Assembly: GCF_009914755.1 (NCBI RefSeq)
Contig: NC_060928.1
DNA length: 64,000 nucleotides
Origin: the human T2T-CHM13v2.0 reference genome, Homo sapiens
Strand: one strand, 5' to 3'
The notes below the pieces were generated by a model. That model was given only the letters and a program-made list of their open reading frames with translations, was not told the origin of the DNA and ran no database searches. Made by a program: the position numbers and the translations under genes. Below, piece by piece: positions 41,365 to 57,670 of this stretch (within the stretch, counting starts at the first letter, position 1; the number at the start of each line of letters is the position of its first letter).

Positions 41365-42924
41365 GATTCCTGCTCCAAGATGACCAACTAGATGCAGCCA
41401 GGAGGAACATCTGGCACCAAGCAACTGAGACATCAGGAAGACTGGTGCACTTCTAGCAGATCTTCAGAGGGAAGGCATTGAAAGCAGACAAAAGGAAGAC
41501 ACAGGGGATGGGCTGAAGGGGAAGTAACCTGGAAACCCTGTATGGGGCTACCAGGCACCGGGACTCATTCCTGACCCCCAACGACTCTTGCAGAGGGGGT
41601 GTGTTGAACAGGCAAGGGGCAACCCACTCTCGCCATGGACCCCTGGAAACCTGGCAGAAGGAGACCCCTCAACCACCACAGACACTCACTTGGCCAGGAA
41701 TGCTCATCCCCCTAGGCTTGACTTGCTCCTATAAGAGACTTTAGACTTTAGCCCTAGGGGAACTGTTGGACCCGAACTCTGAAGGGCAGTCTTGCCCATG
41801 AGATGGGGCCAGTCTGACCTGAGCATGCGTTGGTCTGCTGGCCTTTCCAAGGGCCCCAGCCACACCGCACCTGCTTGCAGAGCAGCCTCCAGGTGCCTCC
41901 TGAGGGCCCACATCATAGCTCCTGCACTGGCAAACCAACACTGACTGATAGAGTGCTCTAGCAGAGAAGCCCTGTGGACATAAGCCAGCCTGCCCATGCT
42001 CTCCCCACACTGCAGCCTTCCCTGTGCTGCCCTGACTTCAGACACTTGCCCACGGCCACCCCCCATCACTTTGCCAGACTTAGCCTTCCCTTCCCTGCCA
42101 GTACACATGTGCGAGTGAATGCTGCCATGCCACTTCTGCTGGTGTGTGTGCCCCCCACCCCTACTTCCCCTGCTGCACCACCATTGTCCTCAGCACATTG
42201 GTGGGAACAGAGCCCACCAGACACACCCCCACCAGTGCCCTGCCACTGTGCCAGGGCCACCAGAATGAAACTAAGCACAGAAAACAGTGAACTCACCCCT
42301 AGTCCTGAGCAGACCCTGCCGCCAGCATGAATGCAAACAAAAGGTGCACAGTTACGCACCCACCAGCAGCCCACCCCTGTGCTAACACCACCACCAGTGT
42401 GAATCCCTGCACAGTTGCCAGGGGCTCCTTGCCCCCATGAACTGTACTGTCGCCACCACTTCTGTGAACATCTGCACAGAGGCTGGCACCCCGGCATCTG
42501 CTAGCACCCTGCCACAACCAATGAACATGAACCCTGCCACACTGCCACTGCTGCCGCTGCTGCTGGCATGTGTGAAGGAGGAAGAACAAGAACAGATCTG
42601 ACTGCCACCACACTACGAAGTGCTTTGGCTGGGAAACCTATCAGAGTGGTGTGACCGGTGGTCCGGGAGTACCTCAAGCCCTCCAACCCATTGGGTTCCT
42701 AGCCTCAAGGAGCCAGAGATCAAAGCCTGAATTGATACCAATCCCCCAGAGTAAGAGCACACAGCCCAATAATCCTGAGCTGAGCCCTGGCCCCCTAAAC
42801 TCTTCCACTAATGAAGACAGTTGCCTGAATCCACCTTATACCACAATCAAACCACCAAGGTCATCAAACAAAATAAAAGAAAAAAATTCATCCAAAGGAC
42901 AACAACTTCAAAGACTGAAGGAAC
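41365..42924 (+). mobile_element. 5'UTR of an old L1 (L1PA15/16-like), the host of the nested structure
   Basis: Begins TCCTGCTCCAAGATGACCAACTAGATGCAGCCAGG and ends just before ORF1 at CAACTTCAAAGACTGAAGGAAC. Left TSD AGATGAGATGT at 41354-41364 matches 52681-52691. Confidence 0.85.
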
Positions 42925-43211
<287 letters not shown>

Positions 43212-43228
43212 ATTTTTTGAGCAAGGGC

Positions 43229-43584
43229 GATTGCCTCTCTAGATTCCTCCTGTCTGGGCAGGACATCTCTGAACAAAAGGCAGCAGCCCCAGTCAGGGAA
43301 TTATAGATAAAACTCCCATCTCCCTGGGACAGAGCACCTGGTGGAAGGCAAGGCTATGGGCGCAGCTTCAGCGACTTAAACGTCCCTGCCTGACAGCTCT
43401 GAAGAGAGCAGTGGTTCTCCCAGCACAGCGTTCAAGCACTGATAAGGGACAGACTGCCTCCTCAAGTGAGTTCCTGACCCCTGTGCCTCCTAACTGGGAG
43501 ACATCTCCCAGCAGGGACCGACAGATATCTCATACAGGAGAGCTATGGCTGGCATCTGGCGGGTGCCCCTCTGGGATGAAGCTT
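43229..43584 (+). mobile_element. Internal 5'UTR segment of a younger L1PA (L1PA7/8-like) fused to the KRAB exons
   Basis: TTGCCTCTCTAGATTCCTCC...AAGGCAGCAGCCCCAGTCAGGG...CCCTGGGACAGAGCACCTGG...GACAGACTGCCTCCTCAAGTG. Confidence 0.85.
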
Positions 43585-46500
43585 TGAATGTTTTTTTGCG
43601 TCTCAATCTCCAGTTCAGCTCTGATTTTAATTATTTACTGCCTTTTGTTAGCTGTGGAGTTAGTTTTCTCTCATTTCTGTAGTTCTTTTAGTGTGGTGTT
43701 AGATTGTTAATTTAAGATCTTTCTAACTTTTTGATGTAGACATTTAGTGCTATAAATTTCCCTTTTAACACTGCCTTACATGTGTCCCAGAGATTCTGGT
43801 ATGTTGTATCTTTGTTATCATTAGTTTTAAAGAACTTTTTGATTTCCCTCTTAATTTTGCTATCTGCCTAAAAGTCATTCAGGAGCGGGTGGTTTAACTT
43901 CCATGTAAATTTATAGTTTTGAGTAATTTTACTCATATTGAATTTTATTTTTATTGTGCTGTGGTTCAAAAGTATGGATGGTATAATTTTGATTTTTTGA
44001 ATTTTCTGAGGATTGCCTTAAATTCAATTGTATTGTTAACTTTAGAGTATGTGCCATGTGGAAGAGAAGAATGTATATTCTGTTGTTTTGGGGTGGAGAA
44101 TTCTGTAGATGTCTATCAGAAACATTTGGTCCCGTGTTGAGTTCAGGTCCTGAATATCTTTGTTAATTTTCTTCCTTGATGATCTAATACTGTCAGTGGG
44201 GTGAAGAAGTCTCTCACACTATTATTATGTGGGAGTCTAAGTCTCTTTGAAGGTCTCTAAAAACTTGCTTTATGAATCTGGGTGCTCCTGTGTTAGGTGC
44301 ATATATTTAGGTTGGTGCAAAAGTCATTGCAGTTTTGGATCATGAATTTTAAATAATTGTAACTAGGCTCAAACACATCTTTATTAATCAAAATAGAAAC
44401 CATTACAATCAACACATTTTTGCCAATAAGAAATAAGTTTGTTTACTTCTGCAGCATAAAAATCCATGCTTCAGGATTCAATGAACTTTTGGAAAGCATT
44501 TTCTGCATCCTGCTGGTTGTAGAAATGTTTTCCCTGCAAAAAGTTGTCAAGATGCTTGAAGAAGTGGTAGTCAGTTGGCAAGAGGTCAGGTGCATATGGC
44601 AGATGGGACAAAGCTTCATAGCCCAATTTGTTCAACTTCTGAAGCACTGGTTGTGGAACATGCCATTGGGTGTTGTCATGGGGAAGAATTGGGCCCTTTC
44701 TGTTGACCAATACTGGCTGCAGGCATTGCAGTTTTCAGTGCATCTCATTGATTTGCTGAGTATACTTCTCAGATGTAATGGTTTTGCCAGGGTTCAGAAA
44801 GCTGTAGTGGAGGTCCAGCAGCAGACCAGCAAACAGTGATCATGACCTATTTTTTTGGTGCAAGTTTGGCTTTGAGAAGTGCTTTGGAGCTTCTTCTAAG
44901 TCCAACCACTGAGCTGGTTGTTACTTAGTTGTAAAAAGATCAGCTTCAATGATTGCTCTCAGTTGGTTGTTGTCAACTTCTGATGACTGGCCACTATGCT
45001 CCTCATCTTCAAGACTCTTATCTCCTTTGCAAAACTTCTTGAACCACCACTGCATTGTATGTTCATTAGCAGTTCCTGGGCCAAATGCATTGTTGATGTT
45101 GTGAGTAGCCTTCAGTGCTTTATGACCGACTTTGAACTAGAATAAGAAAATCACTTGAATTTGCCATTTGTCTAACATCATTTCCATAATCTAAAATAAA
45201 CATAAAATAAACAGCAAGTAATAAGTCCTTAGCAAAAAAAAAAAAAAACATAAAGGGAGAAATGCCATTAAAATGATGTATAACATGACCACATTTACTT
45301 AAGAATGTATTCCAATTCATATGGTAAATTCCAACAATGCAAAAACCACAATTACTTTTCACTCACCTAATATATTTAGGATAGTTAGGTGTTCTTGTCA
45401 AATTGAACCCTTTACCATTATCTACTGCCCTTCTTTTGTTTTTTGATCATTGTTGATTTAAAGTCTGTCTTGTCTGAAATTAGGATGGCAACTTCTGCTT
45501 TTTTTTTTTTTTCATTTGTTTGGTAGATTTTTCTCCATCCTTTATTTTGAGCCTATGGGGGTCATTGCATGTGAGATGAGTCTCTTGAAGACAGCATACC
45601 ATTGAGCCTTGCTTGTCTATCCAGCTTGCAACTCTGTGCCTTCTAATTGGGTTATTTAGCCCATTTACATTCAAGGTTAGCATGGATATGTATGGATTTA
45701 ATCCTGTCATTGTGTTGTTAGCTGTTTATTGTGCCAACTTCTTTGTGTGATTGCTATACAGTGTCACCGGTCTGTGTACCAAGTGTGTTTCTGTATTGGC
45801 TGCTAATGGTCTTTCTTTTTGATATTTAGTGCTTCTTTCAGGAGCTCTTGTAAGGCAGGTCTGATGGTAATGAATTCCCTCAGCATTTGCCTGTCTAAAA
45901 AGTATCTTATTTCTCCTTTGCTTATGAAACTTAGTTTGGCTGGACATGCAATTCTTGGTTGGAATTTCTTTTCTTTAAGAATTTTCAATATAGGCCCCCA
46001 GTCTCTCCTGGCTTGTAGCGTTTCTCCTGAGAGGTTTGATGTTAGTCTGATGGACTTCCTTTTGTAGGTGACTTGTTCTTTCTCTCTAGCTGCCTTTAAC
46101 ATTTTTTCTTTCATTTCAATCTTGGAGAATCTGATGATTAGTGTCTTGGGGATAATCTCCTTGTGCAGTATTTTGCAGGGGTTCTCTGTATTTCCTGTAC
46201 TTGAATGTTGGCCTCTCTAGCTAGGTTGGGGAAGTTCTCATGGATGATATCCTGAAATATGTTCTCCAAGTTGTTTCCATTCTCCCCATCTCAGGGACAC
46301 CAAAGAGTTGTAGACTAGGTCTCTTTACATAATTCCATACTTCTTGGAAGTTAGTTCCCTTTCATTATTTTCTCTTTATTCTTGTCTGTCTTATTTCAGA
46401 AAAACAGTCTTCAAGCTCTGAGATTCTTTCCTCTGCTTGGTCTATTCTACTATTAACACTTGTGATTGCATTATGAAATTCTTGTAGAGTGTTTTTCAGC

Positions 46501-46802
46501 TGTATCAGGTTGTTCAATTTTGTTTCCTATAAGCGCTCTTTTACCTGTCAGCTCCTGCATCATTTTATTGTGATTTTTAGCTTCCTGAGATTGGATTTAT
46601 ATGTTCTCATGAATCTCATTGATCTTCACTCCTATCCATATTCTCAATTCTATTTCTCTCATTTCAGCATTCTCAGCCTAGTTGAGAATGCTTGCTGAAA
46701 AACTAGTGTGGTGGTTTGGAGAAAAGAAGACTCTCTGGCTTTTTGAGTTATCACAGTTATTACACTGTTTTTTCCTCAATTTGTGGGCTGATGTTCCTTC
46801 AA
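43585..46802 (-). mobile_element. Inverted ORF1 and ORF2 (EN) segment of the host old L1, interrupted by Hsmar1
   Basis: Minus ORFs 45803-46114 (ORF1 C-terminus, MKEKMLKAAREK...) and 45480-45710 (ORF2 start, LTLNVNGLN...CCLQETHL). It begins on the minus strand at TTGAAGGAACATCAGCCCAC, the continuation of the 5'UTR that ends at 42924. Confidence 0.88.
44307..45370 (-). mobile_element. Hsmar1 (HSMAR1) mariner transposon with internal deletion
   Basis: TIRs TTAGGTTGGTGCAAAAGTCATTGC and GCAAAAACCACAATTACTTTTCACTCACCTAA in a TA target. ORF 44471-44710 VNRKGPILPHDN...YAPDLLPTDYHFFKHLDNFLQGK is the Hsmar1 transposase C-terminus. About 1.06 kb, with a deletion junction near 44920. Confidence 0.95.
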
Positions 46803-47097
<295 letters not shown>

Positions 47098-47100
47098 ACC

Positions 47101-50733
<3,633 letters not shown>

Positions 50734-51647
50734 ATGAGGCCAACATCATCCTGATACAACCTAGCAGAGACACGACAGAAAAAGAAAACTTTAGGCTAAT
50801 ATCCTTGATGAACATTGATGCAAAGCTCTTCAACAAAATGCTAGCAAACCAAATCCTGCAGCATGTCAAAAAGCTAATCCACCATGATCAAATAAGCTTT
50901 ATCCCCAGGATGCAAGGTAGGTTCAACATACCCAAATCAATAAATGTGATTCATTATACAAATGGAACCAGACAAAAACCACATGATCAATCTCAGTAGA
51001 TGCAGAAAAGACTTTAGATAAAATTCAACATCCGCTCATGTTAAAGACTTTCAGTAAACTAGGTATTGAAGGAACATACCTCAAAATAATAAGAGCCATC
51101 TATGACAAACCCACTGCCAACATCATACTGCATGGGCAAAAGCTGGAAGCATTCCCCTTGAAAACCAGAACAAGATAAGGATGCCCTCTCTCACTACTCC
51201 TATTCAACATAGTATTGGAAGTCCTGTCCAGAGCAATGAGGCAAGAGAAGGAAGTAAAAGTCATCCAAAAAGGAAGAGAGAAAGTCAGACTAGCCCTGTT
51301 TGCAGATGACATGATTCTATATGTCTAGAAAATCCCATAGCCTTGGCCCAAAAGCTCCTTAAGCTGATATTTTTAGCAATGTTTCAGGATACAAAATCAA
51401 CATACAAAAATTACTAGCATTCCTGTACACCAGCAATAGCCAAGCCAAGAGCAATGTCAGAAACAATGCCATTTACAGTTACCACAAAAAGAATAAAATA
51501 CCTAGGAATTTAGCTAACCAGGGAGGTGAAAGTTCTCCACAATGAGAATTTCAAAACGCTGCTCAAAGAAATCAGCAATGACATAAATAAATGGAAAAAC
51601 ATTGCATGCTCAAGGATAAGAAGAATCAGTATTGTTAAAATGGCCAT
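50734..51647 (+). mobile_element. Host old L1 ORF2 RT segment (original orientation)
   Basis: ORF 50805-50999 [28 protein letters not shown]; ORF 51526 onward ENFKTLLKEI...SIVKMA. Confidence 0.87.
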
Positions 51648-51665
51648 GCATATGGTATGTCTTTT

Positions 51666-52198
51666 CATTTTTCCTGATTCTCTCCCTTCTTCTACCCTCT
51701 ACCATCCAATAGGCCCCAGTGTGTGTTGTTCCATTCTATGTGTTTATGTAGCTCCCATTTAGCTCCCACTTTATTTAGCTCCCACTTATGAGTACATGCA
51801 GTATTTAGTTTTCTGTTCCTGCATCAGTTTTATAAGGATAATTGCCTCCACCTCCATCCATGTTCCCGCAAAGGACATAATCTTGTTTTTTTATGGTTGC
51901 ATAGTATTTCACGGTGTATATGTACCACATTTTCTTTATCCAGTCTACCATTGATGGTCACTGAGGTTGAATCCATGTCTCTGCTATTGTGAATAGTGCT
52001 GCAGTGAACATAAATGTGCATGTGTCTTTATGGTAAAACAATTTATATTCCTTTGAATATATACCCAGTAATGGGATTGCTAGGTCAAATGGTTGCTCTG
52101 TTTTTAGTTCTTTGAGGAATTGCCGCACTGTTTTTCACAATGGTTAAACTAATTTCTACTCCTACCAACAGTGTTTAAGCATTCTCTTTTGTCTGCAA
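51666..52198 (-). mobile_element. Antisense L1 ORF2-end/3'UTR fragment (old L1PA-type)
   Basis: CCATCCAATAGGCCCCAGTGTGTGTTG...TTTAGCTCCCACTTATGAG...ATACCCAGTAATGGGATTGCT. Confidence 0.8.
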
Positions 52199-52250
52199 TA
52201 CTTTTGTGTAAATCCACACAATAAAAAAAATTAAAAATGAAGACCAAAAA

Positions 52251-52680
52251 AAAGAAAATGTGGTACATCCACACCATGGAATACTATGTGGCCATATAAA
52301 AAATGAGATCATGTCCTTTGCAGGAACATGGATGGATCTAGAGGCTATTATCCTTAGCAAACTAACACAGGAACAGAAAACCAAATACCACATGTTCTCA
52401 CTTATAAGTGGGAGCTAAATGATGACAACACGTGGTCACAAAGAGGGGACAATAGACACTGGGCTCTACCAGAGGGTGGAGGGTGGGAGGAGGAAGAAGA
52501 ACAGAAAAAATAACTGTTGAGTACTGGGCTTAGTACCTGGGTGATGAAATAATCTGTATATCAAAGCCCCATGGCACAAGTTTATCTATATAACAGACCT
52601 ACACAAGTACCCCAGAATCTAAAATAAAAGTTTTTTTAAAAAAGTAGTATAATACACCTGATTCAATTTGAAAAAAGAAC
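52251..52680 (+). mobile_element. Host old L1 3' end (L1PA15/16-like), tail and right TSD
   Basis: GAAAATGTGGTACAT...GCTTAGTACCTGGGTGATGAAATAATCTGTA...CTAAAATAAAAG; TSD AGATGAGATGT at 52681-52691. Confidence 0.87.
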
Positions 52681-54399
52681 AGATGAGATGTACTCAAATA
52701 TTTTAGTCAAAAGGAGACATTTAGATTAGACTCATAAAGAATTTTCATTCTACTTTATTAGTCACGTTTTAATATTAGTCCTTCCATTTCTCTGTACTTA
52801 AGCTCAAGTAGAGAGCCCAATTTTCTGTCCATGGATTAGAGGATATATCTCAAGTGGATATATCTCAAGATAGTGAAATCTGATCACTCCATGTGCAGGA
52901 ATCCCTAACAGAAGATGACTTTCCAAAAGTCATGAGGACAATCTGGAAATTAAGACTCAGGTTAAATAGCTCAGAATTAGTTGTTTATTTTAACTGTTGA
53001 AATATTGAAACTTTTCTCAAAACATAGACCAAAAAAATCTTCACTAAATGCCTAAATTTTGTGGCATTACTAAATGTCTCAATTTGAAGTGGGGAAAACA
53101 TTGACTTATTTTTTCATGGGTAATGTCAAACAGGATAACACAGACCTACCGATTCCTTCAGGAAGTCACAGGGCCAGTTGAAGGACATTTTAAAAAATGA
53201 CATAACTAAAAACCTCTTTAACGTCCTCCTCCCAGCTTTCATTTTCATACTTTTTTCCAGCAGTGGCTGAGTTCTAAGAATGACTCCCTACTGCCACAGT
53301 CACCCTGGATTGGGGTCAGAGATCACCTCCCCAAGGAGCCATGACAGATGAATGATTCTTCTCTCCTCCACCTTCCTAGTCCCAACATTGCTCAAATTCA
53401 ATGAATGATGTTTCAATCTTTCCCCTCCTCAATCTGCCAAATGAACCTAATGTCTCTGCACCATCTCTGCCTCATTTCATGCTTTGTTTTCCTAGAAAAT
53501 CTGTGCCCTTCACCCATCTCCTGCTTCTCCATTGTTTTATGCTCAAAGAACTCCACTGTGCTTGGAAGAAGCCTGATGGATCCAACTGTTCCAGAATGTA
53601 TCAAGCTTTGGCCCTGTGTAGACCTCTGAATAGCAAGATCCCTTGGTACAAACATACACGGGAGTAAAGCAGGAAGGGAAGGGTGGCTGCAGAGATCTCG
53701 GGGTGGAAGAGACAAGGTTTTCCACACTGTTCCTACCACTTTCCCCATTACAGGTTTCAGAACGTGATTATATAATTACTAAGCCCCCATGAGAAAGTCC
53801 ACAAGAGGGTGGGGGGGTTCCTCGGATTCTGGCAATGTGAGAAAGACAGTTAAGTGAGAACTAGAGGCATTTGTCAAACACAAAATAAATGTGACTGAAA
53901 AATATTTTGAGATATTAATTTATGTCAGCCTTTTTCTCCCTATATTTCCCTTTTTGGGCCTCATACTCAAACATCAAAGAGGCCACTCTTTATCTCAGAA
54001 AAGCTGAATGGTAGAGTTGCAAGTAAAAAAGTATTGGAAGACTGTTTGGCTTTTGTTTTGCAAAATCTAAATCTTTAGGATATGAGAATTTGTGAGAATA
54101 GGAGCAACTTGAAGGAACACAAAAGAAGAAGGATTTCTTTCATATTTAAGAAAGGTATTCCAAAACCACGACAGGAAAAATAGGTAGAGTCTGTGTGTCC
54201 CAGAGTGACAGGATTCAGGCCCAGTCTTCTAGTTGTATACTAAGACAGTGGCAAGACCAGAAGAGGAAGAGCTGTGTGGGATAGCTAGGAATATAGAAAC
54301 ACAAGAAGCCTCATAAAGATTCCTGAGTCCCACACATGGTTTGTAGCACTGGAGAAAATCACAGAATTAAGTGTCTTTGATTTTACCCTACTTCAAATC

Positions 54400-54894
54400 T
54401 TACAAGTTGTATTTCCACAGTTTACTTCAACAGCATACTTCTGTATGTTGGCAAAAGACACGAGTCTTCTGGGTCAGAGGCAAAGGACTCTTTGTTTCCA
54501 GCACAGCAGGCAGCATGATCTTCATGTTTACATCAATTACCTTTGTCTCTCACGTTCATTGGGGCTACATGGAATGGCACAAGTGGATACTGCACCTATA
54601 GTGGCTTTGTATCACAGTTGAGGATCTCCAATCTTAGGATGCCCCAATATTGTAAAGAGGCTACAAGGAAACCTCCCCAACCTTTGTCCTGGAGAATGCC
54701 ACCATCTTTATTATACTGGGCAGCAAATAAATCTTCTGTCTGCCCAAGAGGGACAAGTGTCTCTATCTTCCAACACTGCCTGCTATACAAACATCCTTGA
54801 AAAGATCAATCATCTAGATCAAAAGCTATCAGTGCCTTTACTCATAAGACACTAGAACACAAGAAATCATGGGGTAGAGAATTGTCTACCAACA
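54400..54894 (-). mobile_element. ERVL-class solo LTR (MER76/MER54-like, family uncertain)
   Basis: Minus strand starts TGTTGGTAGACAATTCTC and contains CTTTTCAAGGATGTTTGTATAGC...GGAAGATAGAGACAC. Confidence 0.55.
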
Positions 54895-55336
54895 TTGACT
54901 TTCCTGTAGGAACAATTGATGTCTCAGCTGTGACCTGTGTGGGCTGATTATCAAAGATCAGAAAGCAGCCCTCTGCCCCTATTGCCTTTGGCCATAAAAC
55001 ACAGGAACTATAGCACAGTCCTGGAGGGAAGAGCATGGTTAGCAGCTATGCTAAAAGCAGATAGATTAAGTAAAAGTCTGAATACTGAAGAGTAAGACAT
55101 TACTTTCTTTCTCTTTCAGCTACTACCAGACTAAAAGCCAGGCTTAACCCCAGGCAGGACATTTGATGATGACTCTGTGAAAACAACAAAAGAAATTATA
55201 ATCCTAAGAAATAAGACTTTCAAAAATTGACATTTGATAAATGTGTACCTCTCCTAAGAAATGGCTGCATTTCTACCCCCCAATCTTGCAATGAACGGAA
55301 AGTCCCACCCCTCTCCCTGACATAACTTCTTAGTTT

Positions 55337-55660
<324 letters not shown>

Positions 55661-55829
55661 AACTTCTTAGTTTTATAATGCTCAATAGGCATAGACAGCC
55701 AGGAATTACCTTCCTCTGAAAAAAGTCTTTAATATAAAAGAAAGAATAGAAATAAATAAACAGAAACAGGAACTCAGAGGACTCAAAGATCATGCAGGGA
55801 AACAGAATAAACTTTTTTTAAAGTTATAA

Positions 55830-56655
55830 TTAAGAGTTCCAATTCTAGGAAGATGGAAGACATACTTTTTCCTATTTTTCCTACTAAGTACAACTAAAAG
55901 CCCTGGACATTATTCATTTTAAATTCCAGGTCTGATCATTCCAAAATCTGTGCTATATTTGAGTCTGGTTCTGATGCTTACTGTGTCTTCAAACTCCGTG
56001 GGGGGACAGGGGAAGGGAGTTTGGTTTGCGGGCTTTGGCTTTTTGTCTTTTGGGTTTTTGTGTTTTGTTTTGTTTTGCTTTTTATCTTTTGCATGCCTTG
56101 CAACTTTTTGTTGAAAGCCAGATGTAATGTACTAGATAAAAGAACTGAAGTAAATAGACCTTCAATGTGATGTTTACATTGTTAACAGTGTGATTACATT
56201 ACATCACATTTACAGCTGTAGCTGTAAATGTTGAATATTAAAATTTCCTCTGGTGTTTTAGCCTCCCCTATTGTCTTTGGGTTTCCCTAGAGATTTTTTC
56301 TTAAATAAGGCCTGAGGCATGCAGTTGTAATTCCCTGTTGTTATATGAGTCTTATTGCTATGGTGGTAAGGTATGGGAGGAGGGAAATCATTCTGCAGTC
56401 TTACAATCAGGTCCCTGTTTTTTAATGAGCCTGTGTCCCTGGGCTGGAACCTTCATCAGTGATTCTCAATTTTGTTTTCCCCCACCCCATTCCCTCACAC
56501 CCAACTCAGGTGATACAGCAAGGCTAGAGAGGATTAAAGTTGGCAATTTCCCTTCCCTCAGGTTAGGCTCAGTCAATTAATGTTGGTAAAATAGTTTCAT
56601 TGAAGTAGGGCCTTCTTATGAAGAAAAGAATGCTCTGGACATAGTTTTAAATGGC
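55830..56655. mobile_element. Old L1M 5'-region fragments (L1MC/MD-like, both orientations)
   Basis: AAGATGGAAGACATACTTTTTCCTATT...CTAAGTACAACTAAAAGCCCTGGACATTAT (sense), then GAGTCTGGTTCTGATGCTT...TTGTTGAAAGCCAGATG (antisense). Confidence 0.5.
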
Positions 56656-57316
56656 CTGACTTCAAGCCTAGGCACAAACTAAATGGAGGTCATAGAGCAG
56701 CAAATCTAGTCTCCTCCATTCTATTCAGTCACTCCCTCCTTTAACAGCTCCAGTACAACAAGAGAAACAAGTGAGTGTGTTGGGAAGTCTAAGCCATGCT
56801 ACCTTTAGAAACTGCAATATTGATGACAAAGACCCCTTAGAAAATACTGTAAACCATATTCTCCTTTCCCTAGAATTCCCAGAAGAAAAGAGATGATAAG
56901 ACATCCAATTAACCTGACGGAAAACATTTTTACAAACTGCTATTAAAATGAAAGAGGCCATTTCAAACATGTTTAACAGAGAGCAAGAGTCAAATTGGAC
57001 TCCTGTGATTTTCAAAAATCTCTTCCTGTTTTAAGCCTTAATTACTTTGCACTTGGGCTGAATTAGGAAGTTCAATTTTCTGTCCATGAGTCTAAAGTCA
57101 GAAGGAATCACTCATGATTCGTTTGGCGTAGGAGACACATTTAATATCCTTAAGAAATTCCTAGGGATTATCCTAAAATAGGGGTTATTTGGAGCTCTGG
57201 AGTACCATTAGAGACAGTTATATGAGAGAGGCAAGGAATACTAACACATAAGGACTATCAAAGTAATCTAGAAACCATTTCTGCAATTGTCATTCAGGGC
57301 AAAAAAAGCTATTTCC

Positions 57317-57670
<354 letters not shown>

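Noticed and set aside
44307-45370. Hsmar1 transposase as SETMAR or an active gene
   Set aside because: Internally deleted and disrupted, both TIRs present, no SET-domain exons; an ordinary dead Hsmar1 copy.
52841-52869. Short tandem duplications (GGATATATCTCAAG x2; similar ones near 3786, 33341, 39931 and 51750)
   Set aside because: Ordinary slippage micro-duplications; no spacer structure, not CRISPR-like.
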